Of a DNA stretch of 64,000 bases, positions 21,729 through 33,100 are shown in pieces; position 1 is the stretch's first letter; each line of letters starts with the position of its first letter. The notes below the pieces were generated by a model. That model worked only from the letters and a program-made list of their open reading frames with translations. It made no database searches and was not told the DNA's origin. The position numbers and the translations under genes are program-made. Source of the stretch: Stylophora pistillata. Lineage: Eukaryota. Location of the stretch: NCBI RefSeq assembly GCF_002571385.2, contig NW_019217918.1, forward strand, positions 124,817 to 188,816, given 5' to 3'.

Positions 21729-22075
21729 TACGTGGACGACCTCCAGCAAGCGCTTAAAGAAAGCTTAGCTGTGTTTTCGGTTAGCTAATTAAAATCTGAA
21801 CAAAAACTAATCATCGAGAACATCGTGGAAAGGAGATATGTTTTCGGACAGTTACCGAAGGGGTTTGGAAAAAGTTTAATCTTTCAACTGTCGTGTAGAG
21901 TGTTCAAATTCTTGAGCTCGAAAGGCCACGGATTCTCTTCTAGTCCCTGGGTCATTGTCATTTCACCTCTTTTGTCGATTGTCGCAGACCAAGTTAAATA
22001 CGTTTGATCATTGGAAATCAATGCTGCTTTCATTGGGGAAAACAAAACCAACTGGACCAAGAAATATTGGATGGA
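21729..22075 (+). pseudogene. RecQ-like SF2 helicase N-terminal fragment, probably from an AcademH-type DNA transposon
   Basis: One intronless frame: LKSEQ (motif 0), QLPKGFGKSLIFQ (motif I), VIVISPLLSIVADQV (motif Ia). In-frame stops at 21786 and 22005; truncated before the DEAH motif. Confidence 0.7.
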
Positions 22076-22327
22076 AAGGTCGGGTTTCCTTTATTGTAAA
22101 TGTCAGCTTAATACAGGGTTATCTATCCATATCTAATAAACAAAAGTTTCCACGTTTAGCTTTTCTTTTTTTTCAAGCGAAGATCACATTAGATTTTGGC
22201 CGGGCGTGCACAAAAAGTTGCGTAAGCGCCAGTTGCTCGACATTACCAGCGTGGCCCGTGCGACGAAATAGCTTCACGGGATTGGAAAAGTTTCAGTCAC
22301 AGCAAATTATAAAGGACACTTCACTCT

Positions 22328-22478
22328 GATTGGGCAGAAAAACACAAATATTTTCTGGCACCAATCAGATGCCAGAACGACTGCGACCGTTTGGAACTAG
22401 TCTTGTAAGACAATGTCCCCAGGGGCTCTTCTGCCCTTAACTTGAAATCGACTCACAGCCCCTGGGTCTCCGAGGATG
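22328..22478. repeat. MITE-end fragment
   Basis: GATTGGGCAGAAAAA...CACCAATCAGA...CCCCAGGGGCTC...GCCCCTGGGTCTCCGAGGATG terminus. Confidence 0.5.
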
Positions 22479-22597
22479 CGACTTGACTAGATCGTCGATA
22501 CTGTCCATCTTCACTGTTTTCAATCATAGTTAGTAGCTACTAACTATTTTTCAATGGATTTTTACAAATATCCTCTTACCCGGGGTTTTGGTATTCG

Positions 22598-22679
22598 GTT
22601 TTATCAACTGAGTTGATAAATTGGCCACCGTGCAAAAGACTTGATAGGTGACGTTTTGAGCGTTAGCCTTTCGTCAGAT
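22598..22679 (-). mobile_element. Penelope-like element remnant with a degenerate minimal hammerhead ribozyme
   Basis: Minus strand CTGACGA-AAGGCTAACGCTC-AAAAC (GAAA mutated to AAAA at 22657), next to ACGGTGGCCAATTTATCAACTCAGTTGATAAAACC. Confidence 0.65.
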
Positions 22680-23423
22680 GGAAGAACTATTGGCACTTTC
22701 AAAGCCCAAGGGAATGGAATAAGGTCTCGAAAACGCCACGGCCGAAAACAAATTTTATTCGCGTAAACATGCACATATGTACGACCTATTTTAGCACCTG
22801 GCTGACCAAATTCCGAAGACGAAATCTGATTGTTAAACAAAAACCAACGGTTAACGATCAATTGTACCTATATGGAGACTGTGCTTTTCCTAGAAACAAA
22901 AAGTTTCGGTACAGTATGTAATATAATTAATCTCTAGTTGTTGCTTCAGCAGGACTATTACCCACTTTTTGTTCTGTTAATCTATAGTGATTTCTCCAAA
23001 AAAATAACTGCAGCACAATTCTGAATACACGCCTCAGGTTTACCCAAAGTTTGCAGGAGTTCTTGGTTGTCAGGGACGCTTCCCTTTTTGTCTCTACCCT
23101 CTGTCTCTTAAAAAACAGCCGCAAATTTCTTTTGAGGCTTTGACTAACTCGATCCGGTTTGTCTTGTAAATGTTGGCAAACCTGTGCGAGTTATACTTCT
23201 ACATTATTGACTGATAAAGCGGTATTCTACATTACACTATTCTAGATAAAACTGTATATTCAGTATTCCGACTGAATAAAGGATACATGCAATCTGTAAA
23301 TAAAATGAATATAAATTATACAAATCAAATGAACAATTTAAATAAGATATATATGCGAATAGTTTAATAAACTAAAACCAATCACCTATTCAATAACATG
23401 GTCACGTTGTGCGGTCTTAAATT

Positions 23424-23805
23424 AACAAATGGTAAACACCACAGCGTACACTATTGAGTTATGGATGCACGCGGGAGGTTGCTAAGCACGAACGAAGCGT
23501 AAGAGTCGCTCTCGGCTATCGCCTCGAGCGACTCTAGCTTCTTGAGTGCTTAGCAAACCTCCCAAGTGCATCCATAACTCAATAGTGTACGCTGAGGTGT
23601 TTACCATTTGTTTTATAACATAACATTGATACATTGTAGCTAAAGAGTTCCCTTTTATTTAACAAATCTTACATGACCAGAAAAAACAAGCGCGCGCGGA
23701 AAAATAGTCTTTGCATTTGCTCACGTCTGCAGCGTACACCCACGGGCAGATGGGGGACGCTAAATTGACCTATCAGAGCGCGCGCTTCACTTTGGTTATG
23801 TTATA
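23424..23805. mobile_element. Non-autonomous element with a ~190-bp terminal hairpin and short inverted subterminal repeats
   Basis: Near-perfect hairpin at 23424-23612, then TTATAACATAAC ... GTTATGTTATAA inverted pair. Confidence 0.75.
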
Positions 23806-23922
23806 ATAAAATATATTTTCGTCTTTTTTCTATGAAATATCGAAAATAAGAAAAAAGNGCTTACTATCCTGAAATGAGCACATAATATGACTAGCATTTC
23901 AGACTACGTGCCTATCGGTACA

Positions 23923-24640
23923 TTTAATTTAATTTTAATTTAATTTAATTTAATTTAATTTATTCCATTTCACTGCAATTACATGGGAAAATAAAACAAA
24001 AGAACACACAATAATAACAAATTAGGTTACATAACAAGGCAGTGGGGAAGACTAGAAGGGAACTGACGAACCATACGTGCTAGTCAACCCATTATGAAGA
24101 AAATATACGGATATATAAAAAACTTAATCAAGGTATGTAACTGGCTAGCTGCTAACTACCTAACTGAGTAATCTAACTAACTTACTAACTAACAACCTTA
24201 CTAACTAAGTGCTGGTTTAGCCCAGGTGGTACATGGGTGCTCAGGGTCGAAAACCCTATCGTTATAAAAATTAGTGCATAGTCTCTTAAAAGAAGAAACA
24301 CTACAGCTAGCCGTCCTCAACGCATCAGGCAGATTGTTCCATAGATACGGAATCCTATTAAAAAATGTTCCCTTAAAAAGTTCCGTCCTGAATCTATTAA
24401 TTCTTAGTTTATTACTTGCATGCGATCTTAATCTCTCATCTGAACAAAATTGAAAATACGACTTAAGTGAAGAGTTAAAATGCCCGCACTTCAGTTTATA
24501 AAAAGTTGAAAGATCCTTGACTTCTCTGCGGTAAACCAGTGGTAGCAGGTTGAGACGTTTTAGGCGTTCATTATAGCTAAAATCGGGTAACATAAGCCGA
24601 GTCGCACGTCGTTGCACCCCTTCTATTCTATTATTATAGA
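23923..24640 (-). mobile_element. 5'-truncated CR1-group LINE 3' fragment
   Basis: IEGVQRRATR...YNERLKRLNLLPLVYRR...FFNRIPYLWNNLP (post-RT domain), then a 3'UTR, AATAAA and a (TTAAA)n tail at 23923-23962. Confidence 0.88.
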
Positions 24641-26149
24641 TGACGTTAAAATGTGGTGAGAACAAAAGAAATGCACACTATGTGCAGTCGGGTTTGTCGC
24701 GGATGCTCCCTGATTTAGTGACTAAATTATTAGCCCTAGATTTTTATCACCTGATAATTTAGGAGGGCGATGACTTGGCAGTCATTAATATCTAGGTTCC
24801 TTGTAACAGGGGCTTTGATACATTGTGTTGTTCTGTTTATGTCAAGGTAGATAATAATCTCTAGAGGTTTCAATCAGCTCTAGGAAGAATGACACCTGTC
24901 AAAGTCCTCGAGAGTTTCTCTCGAATCTCCAGTGGTGCTGTCTGGAATATTTTTTGTTCAATCTGCGCTCGACCAAGATCTCATCATAAACATCCAGGAG
25001 GCCGGGATCAACAACACGCACGGCTTCAGCGTTCAAAGTTGCAGTTCACTGATCATCATTTGTGTTGCAATAGATTTTCTTAGGTAGTCTCCTTCAAAAG
25101 GGGAAAAATGCCTATGAATATCATATTTTATCTTTTCCAATAATAATGTATGTGAAGTCATGACACCCACTGCAGTTTGAGATCCCAGAGAGTAACCCAA
25201 AATTTCGGAAACTATCCTCAAATATGCCAAGAATTCGACTACTGCTGCTGCCATTTTGTTCCTTGCTTAGCAACCTGCGCGTTACCTGTGACATGACGAA
25301 ATTTCAATCCTCTATATATCATCTTTTAGCAATCTTTTGGAAAAACTTAGAGGCATCACAGAGGGTATCCTTTACTCGGAAAATGACTCTCATTTAGGCA
25401 CCTGCTGCTTATGTCTTCTCATTTATTCATCTTTCTTTCCCTCTTATCCATTTAGCCCCGGGTAATACAGAGCCCAGCACAATATGACCTGTTGATCCAC
25501 GTTGGGCAAAACGTTTCCTTTTGAGTCTGTATGGCTTGTGTTCAAGCTACCTAGTTGTCCCGGTGATACCAATCACACAAGGCTATTTACGTATCTGAAT
25601 TTCCCTTCCTCTTCTCTTCCCTTTCTCTATGCCAAAGACCTCATATCAATTTTTGGGAAAATAATCTTTCCTCCAAGTGGATTAAGGCTCGCTCCCTTCC
25701 TTTTCATTAAAGGGAATGGCATTTAAGGGACCACTTTTCACTGAGCGAGTCCAATTGTTCTGATTTTAGCATGACTTGAGTTCATGTTGATAATGATCGA
25801 AATACCATGTAATTTAATTTTACTAACCTATAGGAGGAAAAGTACACAGAGACAATTTGATTAGAAGATTGAATGATCAACGTTTTCATAACTTGTTTTC
25901 GAATAGGCAAGTCTTTTCGAAAGTATTTGATCTATGGCGGTACTATGAAAACAATGTTGTCTCTTTTCTATCTTTTACCTCTCAAATTCCTGGCCGTGTC
26001 TCTCCTAGTCTCAGCATCCTTATTCCCTCCTCCTCTCTATATTTACTCGTTTCTCTCTTTCTGCCGTGTAACGTTCCTCTCATTTCCTTTCATTAGCAGG
26101 TCATACATTGTATACAATTATAAGAAAAATTGTTACAGCTGTCCTGTTG

Positions 26150-26282
26150 ACTAAGTGGAAGGCATAGGTGGGAAAATATTTGGCTCAAGGTTAGCACGTG
26201 GTCCATGCGTCATGACTGAGAGCCAAATATTTTCCTGTCTGTCTTGAGCCAACTCAGTCAATAAGTATTTTATCATATGAGC
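26150..26282. repeat. Hairpin-type repeat fragment
   Basis: Inverted arms GGAAAATATTTGGCTC (26171-26186) / GAGCCAAATATTTTCC (26220-26235), followed by AACTCAGTCAATAAG. Confidence 0.6.
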
Positions 26283-26890
26283 GTCTGTTTTTCTTCTTTC
26301 AGCTTCGCCTCTTATGGCCAAGAGTCGCGGGGCCACGCCATCGCATTCGGCCCTCATAAGGAGATTTTTGTCTGATGTTTTTTTTTTTTATTTTTTATTT
26401 ATAAAAGCGCACCTAGGGCCACTTGGGTCTTCTGATGAAAAGCAAAATAATAAGTAGTAGTGATGAGCAAGTTTTACTGACTGTAATGGTAAAGACTGTT
26501 TGTAGTGTTTTTTTTTTTTTTTTTTCACACACACACATACTTATCTTGGCGGCAAAATATCTCTCCCTCGTAACTGCACTTGATGGAGAGGTTCCTGTTC
26601 TCAATATGTAACTGAGTAATAGTGATGAGCAAGTATTACAGGCAGTGAAAAGTGTGAGTGTTTTTCGCGCATCCTCTCAAATATTTTGGGGAAAATTCAC
26701 GTCCTTGTAGGTATTTTGCAAAATGTTCCATACGGACACCTCTGGAAAAGTGTATCGGTCATCTGCTGGACGTTTTTCTTTTCTATAATAAAACTGCACC
26801 TCCAATGAAATCTGAAAAAAAGAACAACACAGAAGCTTAAGTTTTTTGCAAAACTCTATGAAACTGAATTAAATTGATACTTAGAATTTT

Positions 26891-27194
26891 AGGGCGGCTC
26901 AAAGCAGCTAGCTGGGCTTCTGTGCTATAAATACCATCCATTATCCTGCGTTAATTTACAACAAATTTTTAGTTTCAAGAAATTTCCAGTTCATGTTTCG
27001 AAGTATATCTTCAACCCACAGTTACCATAGTAACAGCTTTATAGGTGAAAACACCCTCAATTTTTCTTCATTTGCTTTAATGGCAAAAATTGGTTAGGGA
27101 GCCATATTTTTTATTAATTAAAAAAGATAAGACTAACTTTAAACCCATCATAAATTTTACACAATATTCCGACCAGAAACTGCAGAGCCACCTT
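26891..27194. mobile_element. Degenerate Kolobok-like MITE carrying a perfect X-box
   Basis: Ends TT-AGGGCGGCTC ... GAGCCACCTT-A; internal GTTACCATAGTAAC at 27021-27034. Confidence 0.5.
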
Positions 27195-30100
27195 ACCTGT
27201 TCTGCAAGTTTGCCATAAGCAGCTACAGGGGCTGATAAAGAGATTATCAACTGTTTATAATCGCTTGGGGCTGATAAAATTAATCAACTACGCCAGACCA
27301 TTTCTCTAAAAAAAAAAAAACAATAGCAACTTTGTGCGACTGAAAATGGGGAAGTGGGTGACATAGTGCTCAACTAATATTTCAACCTCATGGACTCCTG
27401 GAGTACTAAGAAAGCAAAAACTAAAACTCAAGGAGATGCACACAATGGATGAAGAAAAGGTGGAAGGCATTCTCTAAGGGTCGCCATGAAAATCTACAGT
27501 GTTGGAGAGCAGAACGGAAATCCAAATACAACAATTGGAATTTAATTTTCCATGTATCATTTTTTTTTTTTGGGGGGGGGGGGAAACAATAATTTGCTTT
27601 CTAAGTTGGAATATGTGTCTATGAAAAAAAAAGCTAGCGGTATGAACAAATCATTCAGGCAATTCACTTATCAATATAAATGGGATTTATTAGGTCTTCC
27701 CAAAGATGTGCAATAGAACTAAAAGCTAAGTAAACAAAAGATAGAACCCTTGCCGCATACTGTACCAAATGAAAACCGCGACAAAAGCAATTAGGGAAGT
27801 TGATGCCAACTGCTTCAATATGACAATCTCTTTTAAATTAATACTATATCATATTCCAAAGAAATGGGTTTTTAAATTCTCATCTCGTAGGCCGGTAATA
27901 GTTGTCAGCTGAAGTAAACGCGGCCTTTTTGTGCAATCACTTTATAGCATGGACAAAGCTGGATAAACGGATCAAAACAAACTACTTGGCTGAAATGCTT
28001 GGTTTTTATGAAGAAAGAATACCAGTATTTTAAACAACCTCTAGTTTCATTTTAGCCGAGATTCATAAAAACAGAGTTATTTGCCTTGTGACCAAATCAA
28101 CCAAAAAACTATCACTTATTTCAATTTTTTCTCATAAGTGAACATATGCATTTCTTGAATATACGGCAAGGTAACGTCCTATAAAATTAAATGCGAAACG
28201 TAACAAACATATTCCTGTATTCCTTTGTTCTCTTAAACTTTTATTCCACTTTTCTCCTAAAAATTTCCTACTGTCTTTTTTGAAATTTCTTTTGAACAAC
28301 ATCTGATTTTAACAGTGACAATTTCCTTGTTCATTTGTCAGGTGTGCCGCAAAGCTTTCTTCAAACATTTCACAAGCCTTGTTTGTTCCATTAGAGCCGA
28401 AAGTTAGCAAAATCTTGCATTGTTCAAAGTGTCTATTTTACAAAAAACCGGTTATGAGGTGTCACTCAAACCATGTTCAAACTACACAACTCCATTCAAA
28501 GCATTCACGACTGAAAAAAAATTTAATCTTTTAATAAAGGCATATTTTATCATGTTGTGAAGCTGAATACACCGAAATTGGAAGAACTGTGGCATTGTAA
28601 AGTTATCCAAAGAAAACACTGATGGCAGCAAGGAGTAAATTTGCAGAGAGGTGCTAACGGGAAAATTTGAAACATATACATCCATTGTTTCGCGTTCGAA
28701 ATAAAATTTGCGCGGTTGCGTACAAACTTTGATTGGAGAAAAAAAATAAAGAAAACGGATTTTTAACATTAAACTGAAGTAGATTTTCCAAAACCCAAAC
28801 TCCGCTTAACAAAAGGATTTAGAAATATCTGTACTAAAATATGGAGATCTACTGAAAATATAGTTTAAAAGCGATGAAGTATGGGATGAACTAATTGCTA
28901 ATTTCAGGTCGAGAGAGATAACAGTATAAGTTTCTGATCAGGATTTGAAAGGAGTAAAGTAAATTGAAGACTTCCCATGTATTACTCAAACCAGCCCTAA
29001 ACTTCAATATAGGCACGAAACGGACATATTTTATACCAGGCTACTTACAGGGCCGATATACTACCCTTTTGAGGTGATTATTTCCCTGGAACTAAGCAGA
29101 AGGCGTTTTAAAAATCCTTCAAATATGGCAACAGTGATGATGTTTTTGGAACTGACACAGTTTAAATGAGCAGGGAAAGCTAAGTCAAGGGTTTTCGTGC
29201 CGTGTTGTTCTAAGATTGTGTGAATGAAACATAATGATTACTTTACACTTGTTGACATTCGCAAAACGAATACAATCCTACTTAAAATTATTCTCTCAAG
29301 GAGGAAGAACACCTTACATCGTTAAATTCGAAAGAAAAGGGGCTTAAAACGTCGATGCATTCCTTAATTTATATTAGCAATTGTTTTCCATAATTTGAAA
29401 CTTACTTTCGAGTTTGTAAACGTTTGTAGGACAATATTTCGGGAGAGTGTTTGTCCTGGAAGTCTTGCATGGCCCAATATTTGTAATTCCACTCAAATGT
29501 TGGCTATGCTATCACTTTGTGAATACTCTAAGGATTACTTGATGATTTAAACGCTGCTTTCTTTAGCGTCACGATCATTCTCGCGTGAAAGCACCCTCAG
29601 AGTTGATGTAACATGTTCCTCCCGAGATACCTTGGTATTTTTACCATTATGCTGATTAAGGTGCACAGTGTTTTCTCTTGTCCAAATCACTTAAAAAGAT
29701 TTTTTTTTCTCATAACAAAGCAATCCTGAGCGCAGCTCTCGCTAGGAGCTAAAACAGTACAGTAAATTCAACAAGAACCACCACAATATCAGAAGATAAT
29801 ATGATCCTAGTGTATTGGAGAAGCGTTTTGCTTCTGTTATAAAATATTCTCACTAGTGGATATTGTATCTAAAACTGTCGAAAACAATTACCGAAGGAAA
29901 ACGAATGTAAACGAAGTTAAGGTAGATCTAAGACAAAGACTACTAAAATCTCTGTTCTATCGAATGTTAAGTTTTTATTTTGGACAAACATGTAAGGCCG
30001 AGATTGTGTTGATAACTGGCGGAAGAGAAAATTGCATTAGTCCAATGAAGCTCAACTGTGAAGTTCTTTGCGATCAAAATAGTCACAGTAAAACTCCTGT

Positions 30101-33100
30101 CAACCGCCTCGGGCATATATACTTTTCACTTGTACTGAAGTTGAGTGATGCATTAGAATCAGCCTAAAAAATTTAAGTTTCTGTAAGTTACCTCGACAAC
30201 AGCATCACATAACTCGAGTTCGAATGTGGTCTTTTCTTTCAGGAAAATACTAAATCTTGAACGATTCGCGTTACCCGAGAGTCCGTGTCAGCCAAGGTTT
30301 CTGTTCAAAAATTATTCTCTCTTAACAAACAAATTCATTATTCGGCTATTTTATCTGCACTAAACTGTAAATCCGGACATATATTTAACTCGCCAACAGC
30401 AAACCAAACCAGCCCAGTTCTAAGTCAACAGAATTCAAAATTTATAAGTTTATTTTCCTAACTTGTTTGAATTCGTTTTTCGTGTACATCGAGAGAAACC
30501 AAACAATTACAATAAACTATTGCGCGATACACACTGCAAAAATGGCAGACTTTGGCGTCGTTGACACAACAATCTTCCCCAGGCTGCAGCAAGAAGGATA
30601 ATTAGAATTCACGGCTACCTTATCAACGGAGACCCAAGTTTGGAATTTTGTTCACTTTTATTAAAGTACACTGGCAAAATTGCCTGTCAAGAATTTTGAA
30701 ACGCCTACGAAATATTCCGCAAACGGCAATAACGATGTCTTTGTTTTAGATGATGGGCGCTAAAGCGAAAACTGTTTTGCTGTTCAATTAGACAGCATGA
30801 TTACAATCAATATTAAAACCGAAGCGAGAAATTCTTTTTTTAAGGAAGATTGGAAAGAGTCGATGATAAACATTATTTCTTTGAGTAATAACAGGCTCTG
30901 AGACAAAAGGTTTGAATAAGTGTCAACCCCTGAACAAACGAGACGATTGATCGGGGAAGGTGTGTAAACCAAAGTCGGACCCTACTTTTAATTGCAACGA
31001 ATCACTTTTATGCAAAAACCGATGAGGTTTGCCTATGACGAACATAGGGTCAGATTTAATCCTAAGAAGCGACAGTTTGACTGTCAATTTTTCCCACGCA
31101 AAAAAAAAAAATCAATTTACCTCTAAACAAACAAACGGCTAAAACAAAGGCCTTTTTCACAGCGTCCTTCTTCATAAAAAACCGAAGCAAAGCCTCCCAT
31201 GTAAAATAAGGTGATACTTTTCCCCATTCGTGAACGCCGATGTGTAATGCTAGAGTTGAACGCGCTTAAAAAGTTAAGGTTTATATCGCACAATTTCAAC
31301 AACTAATATTCGAGAACAAATATTTTTGCGTAGTGTTTGTGTTCAATATGTCTGTGTACAGCAAAATCCTATTTTAGAGGGGTAATACATGGTACATGTT
31401 TGCTTCCGAACAAACCGCTCCCAAATATTTTGACTACCATTTTGTTCTCGTGTGTGTTTCAAAATTCGTGCGTGCAGTTACTTCTCCCGCACATGGGAAC
31501 ATTATCCAACCAACATGTCAAGGTACGGAAATTGGGAAAGCCCTCCTCGAAGCTTCTGATTATGCAAAAATGTACCACTCTAATGAATAAAGAATTAGGC
31601 CTGAAAGAACTGTTCATAAATTCAACGGATTTTCCGATAAAGGCTTGACAACATGTGTCATTCAACCTTTAATGTGTTTACCAAGAAAATATAGATTTTG
31701 TTCCACGCAATGGTCAAGATTTGTTCTAATAGCGCAAAATTGAAACTTAGTGCTGAAAGTACGACACCGTGGTTTTAGGTGTCAAGTACTTCACGAGAAG
31801 AAATTTAATCAATAATAAAAGAGTTGCATGTCCAAGGTTGTGGAAAATTCTTCCGTAACTGATCTCCCCATTGTTCTTATTGTGTTATTATGTCGGAAAT
31901 TGTTAAGTCATTACAGAAAAGTTCGACCGAGTTATAGGAAAAAAATCATCAAGCCCCGTAATTGCAGCGAAATTTGCTTTTTACACAATTTCAAGAGTTT
32001 CTTGGTCAGTCATGTTTAAAAGGTCGTTTACACGAAGACAAACGAAGTAAAATTTCTTGCATCGCTTCGAAACGACCACCACCAGAAAGAATTCTTGAGC
32101 CTGAATGTTTTTGCAAGAAGAGCTGAATTAAATGGGGAAGAAATAATTAAATAAATAAAAATTTGCGGTAAGATCGCCACAATGAAGTGAAATCTTCAAC
32201 GTTGCAGTACATAATCACGTTTTCTGTTTGTACCGACAAGGACGCCATTGCAAATTAATTGACCGAAAGCGCCTATTGTGTGGCGAATTTACCAGTGATC
32301 AGAGCATTACCGCGAATATTAGCCTCCGATTCAAAAGCTTTTCAAAGAGCATAATAGGACAATTTTGTAATTAAAATCGGTCTAACACTTCCACCTAACA
32401 AATGCAATAAAAGCTTCCTGGTTTCAAGAGACGAAGTAAAGTGGAGTTCCTCCCGGGTTAAATTCCACGGACCTCTGTTGAATAAACGTTCCACTATTCT
32501 CTGGCAAAGGTCGTCCAAACTGATCTTAAAACAAAGATAGGAATGTGAAAACAATAAAGACACAAAGAGCGACCAACGTTTGTGAGATGAATTGTGGTTT
32601 ATTACAATTTTATTGCTTCAACTATTTCTATAGAACGATGGGATTAGCAATGTGAAGGCAATTTTGTAAAACAAAAGAGACTAGCACGTGAAAAACAAAA
32701 GAGACTCTTTTAGATCCAAGCAGAGGCTTAGCGTTCTTTCTTGTCTTTTGTGAACGTGGGAACTAGGAGATCTAGTTTCGGCTTGCTCTAACTACTAGGA
32801 AATTGAAACCTTTCGTGTTCGTTTTTACGAAGAACAACAAATTAGTCAAAAACTTCCTAGCGAATAGAATATCATCTCTATTCTAGCAACCGAAATTTTC
32901 AATTTCTTTGGCAATCTCGTGCAAGAAAACTGATTTGTGGGCGTAATTACTTTTAAGAGACACATACTATAGTTAAAACAAAGTAGTAGAGTTGAAAGCT
33001 TTTATTTTACTAAGTTCCAAAGAAGTCGTTTACATTTAACAGATAAGCCGAAATGTTTATCAGTATAACAAAAGAAAACCTTTTAGGGGCTTCTTGTGGA

